NCBI GenBank assembly: GCA_016192455.1
Contig: JACPUC010000001.1
Location: 1-64,000, forward strand
DNA: 64,000 nt
Reading direction: 5' to 3'
DNA from: Candidatus Tectimicrobiota bacterium
Lineage (GTDB): Bacteria > JACPUC01
Shown: positions 50,091 to 58,398 of the stretch, one piece after another
Layout of the letters: each line of letters begins with the position of its first letter
How positions within the stretch are numbered: the stretch's first letter is position 1
Translations under genes and position numbers: made by a program
Notes under the pieces: generated by a model
Databases searched by the model: none
What the model was told of the DNA's origin: nothing
The model's input: the letters and a program-made list of their open reading frames with translations, nothing else

Positions 50091-50738
50091 CTAGGAAGCG
50101 GCGTGCCGGTTGCGCAGTCCAGGGAGGCTGCTGAGTTTGCGCAGGGCAAGGTTCTGAATCTGCCGCACCCGCTCGCGCGTCAGGTTCAGCTCGGCGCCGA
50201 TGCTCTCCAGGGTCTGCACCGGGGTCTTGCCCAACCCCAGGCGCTTGCCCAGGATGAGGGCCTCGCGGCTACTCAGGCCGTCCAGAACCTTGAGGGGGTC
50301 GCCGCGGCCTTCGCACAGGTAGCTGACGACCTCGGGGTACTGGCTGGGGGGCTGGGGGCCGGCATGCCCAAACTTGGGGCGACGGGGGATTTGGTACTCG
50401 CGCAGCCGCGACAGCACCGTTGATTTGCTGTAACCGTACTGCCCGGCGATCTGCGCCGCGGGGAGCTCCTTCTCGACGTACTGGCGCCGCAACCAGCGCT
50501 CGTCGATGGAGATCTTCCGCAGGTGCCGCTCGGTGTCGAGGTCCAGGTCGCGGAAGAACCTCTCCCCGTTGATATGGAAGGCGTCGATGATCTTGCGCAG
50601 GCTCTCCTCGCTGGGAATCCGCTCGCCATTCTCGAAGTACGAGATGGCGGTAAGGCTTAAGCCGCACGCCGCGGCGAACTTCTTCCGTGACAGACCGAGG
50701 ACGGTGCGGAGCTCCCGAAGCTTGTCGTTGATCTTCAC
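50091..50738 (-). CDS. XRE HTH + second HTH + sigma70 region-4 fusion protein
   Basis: LRELRTVLGLS..ISYFENGERIPS; YVEKELPAAQIAGQYGYSKSTVLSRL; LSSREALIL..TLESIGAELNLTRERVRQIQNLALRKL. Confidence 0.8.
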   Translation of the reverse strand: MKINDKLRELRTVLGLSRKKFAAACGLSLTAISYFENGERIPSEESLRKIIDAFHINGERFFRDLDLDTERHLRKISIDERWLRRQYVEKELPAAQIAGQYGYSKSTVLSRLREYQIPRRPKFGHAGPQPPSQYPEVVSYLCEGRGDPLKVLDGLSSREALILGKRLGLGKTPVQTLESIGAELNLTRERVRQIQNLALRKLSSLPGLRNRHAAS

Positions 50739-51517
50739 GCGGACCTCCCACCCCCGGGGCGCCGCTGTGCAGGCGCGCCAGCTTGGCGTTCACCCTCGAG
50801 GCGGCGCCACGCCGGCAGCCGCGGCAAACCCCCAGGCCGTGGCGCCCTCGCCAGCCGCCGCTTGACCTAGGCCCCCCACGACACTCACACCGCAGCGCAC
50901 GGCAAGGGAACTACTCTGGGACGCGTCAGCCCACAGAAGCCCTCTCCGTCTCCAGGTCTGCCTCTTGACAATATAGCCTAGCGATGTTAATGGACGCAAC
51001 CAGATTTTGCCCTTCGTAGCGCCGCAGTTCTTGGCACGTCTCGGAGCGTCGCGGTGCCGCCCGCCACGCCTGGCGTTGGGGGAAACGTGCAATCGGGCGG
51101 GCTGCCGGCGCGCCCCATCGTAGCCCTCTGAATTTGCGTTCGTGCGCGCGGTATGTGGTGGGACTTGGCGTGGAGAGCTGCGCCCCGGCGCGGCGGCGAG
51201 GGGCAGACGACCGGCCGCCAGCCTGGCGGGCGGCGCGGCGCGGCGTAAGAATGCTTTGCGGCAGGGTCTACTTCCTTCTATAATTCAACTCTCCAGGTGG
51301 GAACGGTATTCTCTCTGCGCGGGTTGCTTGGAGAGACCGGCGGCGGGGAGCGGGGCGCCGACGCCTGCCGTGTGCCTGCCGCCGGCGCGCGCCACGAGCT
51401 CAGGCATGCCCGAGATCGCCGCCGAGGCCGGCGCGAGGTGCGCGCCTGGCGAGGGTGTGGAAACCACGCCTCACCGCGGCGGGCTGGCAACGCTGCGGGG
51501 CGATGGACAGGAAGGCC

Positions 51518-51913
51518 ATGGGCGAAGACGTCATCGTACGCGGGACGATCACACTGGGGCTCGGCGAGGCCGTGAAGTTCACCCAGATCGACTGGGTGCA
51601 AGAGCAGTGCGAGGAGAAGTTTGGGTTCCGGCCGTACCCGGGAACCCTCAACCTCAGGGTGCGCGGCGAGCATCTCGAGCGCTGGCGCCGGCTGCGCAAC
51701 GCAGCGGGCGTCCTCGTGGTGCCGCCGAATGCCGAGTTCTGCAACTCGAAGGGCTTCCCGGTGCACATCGGCTCCGTTCGCGGCGCGGTGATCTTCCCCA
51801 TGGTGGCGGGCTACCCCGAGGACGTGATTGAGATCATGGCGCCGGTGCACTTGAAAGAGACGCAGGGATGGAGCGATGGAGAGTGCGTGAGCGTTACCTT
51901 CGTGGGTGAGTAA
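51518..51913 (+). CDS. CTP-dependent (archaeal-type, DUF120) riboflavin kinase
   Basis: GLGEAVKF, GFRPYPGTLNL, IEIMAPVHLKE. Confidence 0.85.
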   Translation: MGEDVIVRGTITLGLGEAVKFTQIDWVQEQCEEKFGFRPYPGTLNLRVRGEHLERWRRLRNAAGVLVVPPNAEFCNSKGFPVHIGSVRGAVIFPMVAGYPEDVIEIMAPVHLKETQGWSDGECVSVTFVGE

Positions 51914-52120
51914 CCGCCGTGTCGCCGCGAGGCGCCGCCGAGGGGGGCCCGCCCCTGGCGCTGCATGCGCCGCTGCTCCATACCTTCTCTACGAGAGGGT
52001 CGGCCTCCAGAGGCTCGACGGGTTGGCGCAGAGACAGGGCGAATCCAGAAGAGACTGCGGCGTGGGGCGGCAGCCGTCAGGAGGGAGTCGGCACGGCGCC
52101 AAGGTCGGAAAGGATGCGGC

Positions 52121-52840
52121 GTGCGCTTTCGCGCCATTCTCTTCGATGTGCACCAGACCCTCATCAGGAAGGACTATACGCTGCTCTCCCTGGCGCAGCG
52201 GAATGCCGCGGCGGTTCTTCAGGAAGCCGGCTACGATGTCACCCTGGAGGCGCTCACCTCCGCCTGGGAACAGAATCGACGCCAGGTGGGGGCCCGGCTC
52301 GCGAACGGGCGGCACGACGAGGTGGAGTTCTACACCTGGTACGAGAGCTTGCTGGGCCTAGCCGGGATTCCGCGGGCGCCGGTGGAGCTCATCGACCGCT
52401 TCAATGACGTCTTCGCCTCCTCCTTCGCTGGCGGCATCGCCGCCTTTCCGGGAGCGCCGGAGGCGCTTACCGAGCTGCGGCGGCGCTACACCCTGGGCAT
52501 CATCTCGAACAGCCTCGGCCGCAACACCCGCTTCGACCTGCGCATCGCCGGGCTGTACGATTACTTCACGCACTTCTCCATCTCTTCGGAGATTGGCAAA
52601 CGGAAGCCACACCCCGCCATCTTTCAGTCAGCCCTGGACGGGTTGGGCATGACCGCCGCCGCAGCGGTGATGGTGGGCGACCATCCGGGCGAGGACGTGC
52701 GGGGCGCGCGGCAGGTGGGGATGACGGCCATCCAGGTCGCCGCCCCGGGAACCGAGGCCAGCCCGGAGGCTGATGCGGTCATCCACGACCTGAGCCGGCT
52801 CGTGCTCGTCGTTGAGAGGCTGGAAGACGCGCACTCCTGA
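52121..52840 (+). CDS. HAD-superfamily hydrolase
   Basis: ILFDVHQTL, IISN, KPHPAIF, MVGDHPGEDV.GA. Confidence 0.88.
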   Translation: MRFRAILFDVHQTLIRKDYTLLSLAQRNAAAVLQEAGYDVTLEALTSAWEQNRRQVGARLANGRHDEVEFYTWYESLLGLAGIPRAPVELIDRFNDVFASSFAGGIAAFPGAPEALTELRRRYTLGIISNSLGRNTRFDLRIAGLYDYFTHFSISSEIGKRKPHPAIFQSALDGLGMTAAAAVMVGDHPGEDVRGARQVGMTAIQVAAPGTEASPEADAVIHDLSRLVLVVERLEDAHS

Positions 52841-53005
52841 CGCGCGCCGGCATCCCCGAGGCGCCCGGCGAAGGGGCTTCCTGTGCCCATGCCGCGCGAG
52901 GCTTCCGGGTTGTGGGCGCGGCGGGCGTAACTTCGGGCTCCGCCTCAGCGCCTCACGCCGCGGAGGCGGCTGTGGGTGGTGAGAATCGGTAAAGGAGGAG
53001 AGCCC

Positions 53006-53827
53006 ATGCGAGCAGGGAGAGCGGGCACTCTGTGTCTCTGGTTGACGGTGCTGGTTGTCATGGTCTGGCTGGGCGTCGCCCCAGCGCTGCGGGCCGCCGA
53101 GAACGTCGAGATGCGCGTGGCGGGGGTGGCGGAGGACCCCCTCTCGAATAGCCCCATTGTGGTCCTTGAAGACTTGAAGGGAGATGTGGCGTTCCCGATC
53201 TGGGTCGGCCTCACCGAAGCCCAGGCGATCATGTTGGAGCTGGAAGGCGTGCGTGCCCCGCGCCCGCTCACCCACGACCTCGTGAAGCGCATCCTGGAGA
53301 GCGTCAACTCTCGCGTCGCCAAGATCACCGTCACCGACCTGCGCGACAACACCTTCTTTGCTAGGGTCACCCTGGAACGCGGCGGCGAAATGAGCGACAT
53401 TGACAGCCGCCCCAGCGATGCGATCGCCCTCGCCCTGCGCTTCAAGGCGCCCATCTACGTGAACTCGGCCCTCTTCGAGCGCGTCAGCGCCGTGCACCTG
53501 AAGCAGCGCACGTCCCAAGACCTGGTGCGGCGGCGCCTGGGGCTGGCGGTGCAGGACCTCACGCCGCCCTTGGCCGAGGCCTTCGAGATGCCCGGCGCCG
53601 AGGGGGTGCTCATCGCCGGGGTCGGCGGCTCCAGCCCGGCGGCGCGCGATGGCGTGAAGCGCGGCGACGTGATCGTCGAGGTGAACGGCGCGAAGGTGAA
53701 GAATGTCGACGAGCTGGACCGTCTCCTGCGAACGCCGCCGGCCGAGGCCGCCTTGATGATGGTGGTATTGCGCGGCAAGGAGACGCTGCGCCTCACCATC
53801 CATACCACTCCCGCGCCGCCGCGGTAG
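53006..53827 (+). CDS. Bifunctional nuclease (DUF151) domain fused to C-terminal PDZ, with N-terminal signal/TM
   Basis: PIWVG..EAQAI, PRPLTHDL, IDSRPSDAIALA; GVLIAGV..SPAARDGVKRGDVIVEVNG PDZ; AAAGGAGG RBS. Confidence 0.85.
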   Translation: MRAGRAGTLCLWLTVLVVMVWLGVAPALRAAENVEMRVAGVAEDPLSNSPIVVLEDLKGDVAFPIWVGLTEAQAIMLELEGVRAPRPLTHDLVKRILESVNSRVAKITVTDLRDNTFFARVTLERGGEMSDIDSRPSDAIALALRFKAPIYVNSALFERVSAVHLKQRTSQDLVRRRLGLAVQDLTPPLAEAFEMPGAEGVLIAGVGGSSPAARDGVKRGDVIVEVNGAKVKNVDELDRLLRTPPAEAALMMVVLRGKETLRLTIHTTPAPPR

Positions 53828-53979
53828 GCGGACCGTTTCTCGAAGAAGGCGGCGGCCGTCGCCGGGGCCCCGCCGGTTCAGCGCCGGCGCGCGGCCCCCG
53901 GGAAGCTGGATGCACTGCCCATGAGAGCGCCTCCCCGGACAGTTCGTGTGCTGTTTCTCAACTGAGATCGCAGAGATGT

Positions 53980-54105
53980 GCGAGGGAGCCTCGCCCCCGG
54001 AACAATGTTCCGCGCGCACCCCGGCTTGAAGGGGCGGTTCGCGAACCGCCCCTACGAAATTGGCGGTGTGGGGGAGCAAGGGCCCCTACAACAACTTCCC
54101 CTTAC
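53980..54105. repeat. Composite REP/MITE-like element, copy B (REP 54030-54055)
   Basis: AGGGGCGGTTCGCGAACCGCCCCTAC plus GCGAGGGAGCC, GCGCACCCCG and GTGGGGGAGCAAGGG blocks shared with 26393-26520. Confidence 0.8.
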
Positions 54106-54133
54106 ATGGCGCGAAGAAGGCGGCGAATTAAGA

Positions 54134-54781
54134 ATGGAACCTGTGAGACGTAACTCTCGCCGTCTCCCGCGCGCCAGGCCGCTGTTGGCGCTGGGCCTCG
54201 GCCTCCTCCTCGGCGGCCTGGGGGTAACGTCCTCCAGCGCCGAAATTTACAAGTGGGTGGACCCGGACGGCGGCGTTCACTTCTCGAACACGGCTCCACC
54301 CTCCCGCGGGCAGCGCGGCGTCGAGGTGCGCCGCGAGGCCCCCAGCGATCCCGCCGGCAGCGTCCCCGCGCTGCCCGCCCGCCGCTCCGCCGGCAACGTC
54401 ACCCTCAGCTTCGAGCGCGAGGGGGGCGCCATCGTCATTCCCGCCGTCGTCAACGACCGCCACCCCGCCCGCTTCATCATTGACACCGGCGCCACCTACA
54501 CCGTCATCTCCACCGAGTTCGCCCGCCGCCTGCGGCAAGAAACCCCCGGCGAGCCGCGGCGGGTGATCCTACAGACGGCCAGCGGCTCCATCGAGGCGCC
54601 GCTCATTCAGCTCGCCTCCATCCGCATCCGCGACGCCGAGGTGCGCCAGGTGCCAACCGCCGTGCACACCATCAATGCCGGCGGCAACATCACCGGCGTC
54701 CTCGGCCTCAGCTTCCTCAGCGCCTTCCGCGTCACCATCGACCACGAAACCGGCTCCCTCTCCCTCGAACCGAGGCCGTGA
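54134..54781 (+). CDS. DUF4124 + retropepsin-like aspartic protease
   Basis: Signal peptide, IYKWVDPDGGVHFSNTAP, FIIDTGAT, GVLGLSFL. Confidence 0.88.
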   Translation: MEPVRRNSRRLPRARPLLALGLGLLLGGLGVTSSSAEIYKWVDPDGGVHFSNTAPPSRGQRGVEVRREAPSDPAGSVPALPARRSAGNVTLSFEREGGAIVIPAVVNDRHPARFIIDTGATYTVISTEFARRLRQETPGEPRRVILQTASGSIEAPLIQLASIRIRDAEVRQVPTAVHTINAGGNITGVLGLSFLSAFRVTIDHETGSLSLEPRP

Positions 54782-54791
54782 GCGAAGAAAC

Positions 54792-54954
54792 ACAAGAACC
54801 ACTGATAAACACAGATGCACACGGATTAAACGAAGCCGGCCGCGTCTCCCTTGAACCAAGGCGGTGAGGGAAACACGACAAGAACCACTGATGAACACGG
54901 ATGCACACGGATTAAACGAAATCGGCTGCCTTTGCCTTGAACCAAGGCCGTAAG
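54792..54954 (+). repeat. 86-bp-period intergenic tandem repeat (2 copies)
   Basis: ACAAGAACCACTGAT.AACAC.GATGCACACGGATTAAACGAA...CCTTGAACCAAGGC at 54792 and 54878. Confidence 0.85.
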
Positions 54955-55011
54955 CCACCGTCCCGCCTCTCCCCGCCGTCCCGGTAAACCGTTCAAACCG
55001 GAGCTCCCGCC

Positions 55012-56553
55012 ATGGCGAACGAGGAACACCTCGCCATTCTCAAACAAGGGGTGAAGGTTTGGAATGCGTGGAGGAAGAAGAATCCCAAGGTGCGGCCTGA
55101 TCTCCGCGGGGTGGACCTCAGCGGCGCAGATCTCAGCGAGGCGGACCTCCGCAGGGCGGACCTCAGCGGGGCGGACCTCTTCAGGGCGGACCTCAGCGGG
55201 GCGAAGCTCTCATTTGCGATCCTCAGCAAGGCGGACCTCCTCGAGGCGGACCTCCTCGGGGCGAAGCTCGGCGGGGCGAAGCTCAGCGGGGCGAAGCTCC
55301 TCTGGGCGGACCTCAGCGGGGCGGACCTCAGCGGGGCGAGCCTCGGCGGGGCGAGCCTCTTCCAGGCGAACCTCTTCAGAGCCAACCTCACGAGGGCGAA
55401 GCTCAGCGGGGCATCCCTCAAATTGGCTCTTCTCCTCCAGGCAAACCTCAGTGGGGCGAACCTCACCAATACGGACCTTAGCACCGCCAATTTAATTGGA
55501 GCCGAGATGGACGGTGCTACGCTCACCGGCGTAAAGCTGTGGGAGACGCAGCGAGCAGGCTGGTCGATCAAGGGGGTGATTTGCGAGCGAGCCTCCTGGG
55601 ATAAGGAAGGCAAAGAGTTCACAGAGTATGCCCCCGGCGAGTTCGAGCGGCTCTTCTCGGATAGAACGAAGGTTGTCCTTCATTACGAGGGAAATATTAG
55701 TCCCATCGAGGTCGCAACGCTGCCGGCGGTTCTTGCCAAGCTCGAAGAGGAGCACCCTGGCTGCATCCTTCGCCTGCAATCCATCCAGGGGGCGGCCGGC
55801 GGGGCCACAGTCACCATAGCAATCGACGACCCTGGCGAGCATGACCCAGCCACGCTGCAAGAAGAGCTGAGGGAAGCGGGCAGGCGATATCAAGCTGCAA
55901 TGAGAGGTATGCTGGAAGAGAGGTCGGCCAGACAGCAGATCGAAATGCAGCTTGATCAACTCCAGAAGAAAATCTTCCCGTTGCTCCTGGAAAAGGCCAC
56001 GGCCCAGTCGCGGGATGCAGCGCCAACCAGGAAGTTCCTTACCGTTCTCTTCCTTGACCTTGCCGGGTTCTCTCGGATGCCCGAAGAGGAGCGGCAAAGC
56101 AAGCTGGAGCTGCTTCGTGGCTTTGCCAGCACCCTCTTGGAACAGGGAGAAGGCCGTTATACCAACACCTGGGGTGACGCCATCGTTGCCGGTTTCGAGA
56201 ATTCAAACGATGGCGTGAGTTGCGCCTGTACCTTGATCGAGGTGCTCAAGGCTGCGGGGATCGCCGCCCGCATCGGCATGAGCCGGGGCGAGGCGCTGGT
56301 GCACTACAACCCCCTGACCGACCGCGCGGACATCGACGGCGACAGCATCAACGAAGGCTCCCGCCTGGAACCGATGGCAAAAGCTGGAGAGGTGCTGATC
56401 TCTGAAGAACTGCGCTATCACCCTGAGAGCGACGAGGATCGTTTCATCTTCGAGAAGGTTCTGCGGCCCCTGCACAAGGACGTGGGCGTGAAGAAGGAAG
56501 GCGAGACGATCGAGTGCTACACCGTGCGCCTGAAGCCGAAAGCTGAGCCATGA
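55012..56553 (+). CDS. Pentapeptide-repeat protein with coiled coil and class III nucleotide cyclase domain
   Basis: MANEEHLAILKQGV.WNAWR N-terminus, many A(D/K/N)LxG/A repeats; VLFLDLAGFS, NTWGDAI, RIGMSRG, GDSINEGSRLE, VLISE. Confidence 0.9.
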   Translation: MANEEHLAILKQGVKVWNAWRKKNPKVRPDLRGVDLSGADLSEADLRRADLSGADLFRADLSGAKLSFAILSKADLLEADLLGAKLGGAKLSGAKLLWADLSGADLSGASLGGASLFQANLFRANLTRAKLSGASLKLALLLQANLSGANLTNTDLSTANLIGAEMDGATLTGVKLWETQRAGWSIKGVICERASWDKEGKEFTEYAPGEFERLFSDRTKVVLHYEGNISPIEVATLPAVLAKLEEEHPGCILRLQSIQGAAGGATVTIAIDDPGEHDPATLQEELREAGRRYQAAMRGMLEERSARQQIEMQLDQLQKKIFPLLLEKATAQSRDAAPTRKFLTVLFLDLAGFSRMPEEERQSKLELLRGFASTLLEQGEGRYTNTWGDAIVAGFENSNDGVSCACTLIEVLKAAGIAARIGMSRGEALVHYNPLTDRADIDGDSINEGSRLEPMAKAGEVLISEELRYHPESDEDRFIFEKVLRPLHKDVGVKKEGETIECYTVRLKPKAEP

Positions 56554-56882
56554 CCGACCCCCTCCTTACACAGGACCCGACGCTCGCCGAGATCGTCCGG
56601 CGACTGGTGGCGGCGTACCAGCCGGAACGAATTTACCTCTTTGGCTCGGTGGCCCGCGGCGAGGCAGGCCCGGACAGCGATTACGACCTGCTGCTGGTCG
56701 TGCCGGACGATGCGCCGCCGGAACGCCGGGGGAGCAAACCGGCGTATGAAACGCTGTGGGGAAGCGGCGCCGCGGCAGATGTCATCGTTTGGGAGAAATC
56801 GCCATTTGAACGGCGTGCCCGTGTGGTCTGCTCCCTACCGGCTACGGTTCTGCGCGAAGGGAGGCTTCTCTATGCCGCATGA
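56550..56882 (+). CDS. Minimal nucleotidyltransferase (MNT), copy 1
   Basis: IYLFGSVARGE..DSDYDLLLV. Confidence 0.92.
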   Translation: MTDPLLTQDPTLAEIVRRLVAAYQPERIYLFGSVARGEAGPDSDYDLLLVVPDDAPPERRGSKPAYETLWGSGAAADVIVWEKSPFERRARVVCSLPATVLREGRLLYAA

Positions 56883-57285
56883 TCCCGAGCTGGTGGCTGA
56901 GACGAGGGCGTGGGTTGCAAGGGCCGAAGACGACCTGCGGGCCGGCGCGATTGTTCTCAGCGCCGAGCCGCCTTTAACTGCGGCCGTGGTATTTCACGCG
57001 CAACAGGCAGCAGAGAAGGCCATGAAGGGTTTCCTCACGTGGCACAGCCGACCGTTCCGCAAGACATACAATCTCACCGAGATTGGTGGCATGTGCGTGG
57101 GACGCGATGCGTCCTTGGAGCCCCTGCTTCGCCGGGCCGCCATGCTCACCGACTACGCCTGGAAGTTTCGTTATCCTGGCGAGCCCGAATATCCCCCGCG
57201 TGAGGAGGCCGAGGAAGCCCTGGACACCGCCCGCGAGGTCTTTGACGCCATTCTCGCCCGTTTGCCGGAGGAGGTGCGGCCATGA
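56872..57285 (+). CDS. HEPN domain protein
   Basis: W..RAEDDL, FHAQQAAEKAMKGFL, RYPG; overlaps the MNT stop. Confidence 0.9.
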   Translation: MPHDPELVAETRAWVARAEDDLRAGAIVLSAEPPLTAAVVFHAQQAAEKAMKGFLTWHSRPFRKTYNLTEIGGMCVGRDASLEPLLRRAAMLTDYAWKFRYPGEPEYPPREEAEEALDTAREVFDAILARLPEEVRP

Positions 57286-57614
57286 CCGACCCCCTCCTCA
57301 CGCAGGACCCGACGCTTGCCGAGATCGTCCGGCGACTGGTGGCGGCGTACCAGCCGGAACGAATTTACCTCTTTGGCTCCGTGGCCCGCGGCGAGTCGGG
57401 ACCGGACAGCGATTACGACCTGCTGCTGGTTGTGCCGGACGATGCGCCGCCGGAGCGGCATGACAGTGATCTCGCCTACAAGGTTCTGCGCGGGACTGGG
57501 ATCGGCGCCGACGTTGTGGTATGGACACGCTCGCGATTCGAGCGGCGCAAGCACGTGGTCTGCTCCCTTCCGGCGACGGTTCTGCGCGAAGGGAGGCTGC
57601 TCTATGCCGCATGA
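57282..57614 (+). CDS. Minimal nucleotidyltransferase (MNT), copy 2
   Basis: Near-identical N- and C-termini to copy 1; followed by a truncated HEPN start MPHDSSPRPK* (57604-57636). Confidence 0.92.
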   Translation: MTDPLLTQDPTLAEIVRRLVAAYQPERIYLFGSVARGESGPDSDYDLLLVVPDDAPPERHDSDLAYKVLRGTGIGADVVVWTRSRFERRKHVVCSLPATVLREGRLLYAA

Positions 57615-57801
57615 CTCCTCGCCAAGACCCAAATGAAAAACAGGCTCTTCTCAAACCTCATCGCCCGAACCACGCTGGGCAAGCAACGTGCCCGCAGGGG
57701 CTATGGGCCAAAGCTGAACCTGCAATGCTCCTGCGCGTGGATGTTCGAAGAGAGGGACGGCGAGTTTTGAAACGCCGTGGCGTGCCCGCCTCGTCTCAGG
57801 T

Positions 57802-57853
57802 GTAGGGGCAGGGCTGGCCCTGCCCAGAAGGGCGCAGCAAGCGGCGCCCCTAC
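57802..57853. repeat. GTAG-type REP doublet
   Basis: GTAGGGGCAGGGCTGGCCCTGCCC-AGAA-GGGCGCAGCAAGCGGCGCCCCTAC; a related single REP lies at 58297-58320. Confidence 0.75.
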
Positions 57854-57993
57854 GAGCCGACCGTACGCCTCATTGCATCAAAGTGGGAATGCCCGCCGCA
57901 AGCTCTTTTCAGGGCTTCAGAATGAGCCGCGGCTCCTCAGTCACGGCCATACCACCCCCCAAAAGCATGCGCAAATTCCTATGAGGCCCCAAT

Positions 57994-58019
57994 AAAAAAG
58001 GGGATACGTTGGTATCCCC
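57994..58019 (-). terminator. Intrinsic terminator of tRNA-Leu(CAA)
   Basis: GGGGATAC-CAAC-GTATCCCC followed by TTTTTT on the minus strand. Confidence 0.85.
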
Positions 58020-58031
58020 CGCCGCGTTGCA

Positions 58032-58118
58032 TGGTGCCGGAGGCCGGAATCGAACCGGCACGGGGTTGCCCCCACGGGATTTTGAGTCCCGCGCGTCTAC
58101 CAGTTTCACCACTCCGGC
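58032..58118 (-). tRNA. tRNA-Leu (anticodon CAA)
   Basis: GCCGGAG/CTCCGGC acceptor stem, ACCA end, anticodon stem CGGGA/TCCCG with loop CTCAAAA, long variable arm. Confidence 0.97.
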
Positions 58119-58398
58119 ACGTCGGTCTGGTCGCGCCCGGCCGCGCCGCCGCCCGCCGGCATCCCAGCGCCGCCACGCACCCCTTACTCTAGCGCAGCCA
58201 GCCGCTCCGTTCAAGGGGTGCGGCGATCCTCCCTTGGTTCCTCCCCGCACCCTCCAGCAGCGTTCCAGGCCAGGAGACCGACGCGTCTGCGGGATCGGGC
58301 GGGGCAAGCCCCGCCCCTACGAACCTGCGGCGGCGTTTGCGGCGACGAGACCGAGGCGCCGGCCATTCCCTTCCCGCCGCGCCGCTCCGTCCGCGGCC

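Noticed and set aside
51279..51517. FMN or ZTP riboswitch upstream of the riboflavin kinase
   Set aside because: A promoter-like TTGCGG-17-TATAAT is present, but the FMN core motifs are absent and the ZTP similarity (CTGGCGA..GTGGAAACCAC) lacks the GGGGAG and CGCCTGGG elements.
54792..54954. CRISPR array
   Set aside because: Only two units, the between-repeat segments are largely conserved, and there are no cas genes.
57633..57770. 45-aa ORF MKNRLFSNLI..AWMFEERDGEF after the truncated HEPN
   Set aside because: Could be a gene fragment, but I cannot assign a family with confidence.
55012..58032. tRNA-Leu(CAA)-anchored island containing the cyclase/MNT-HEPN locus
   Set aside because: The native terminator directly follows the tRNA and no duplicated tRNA 3' end was found.
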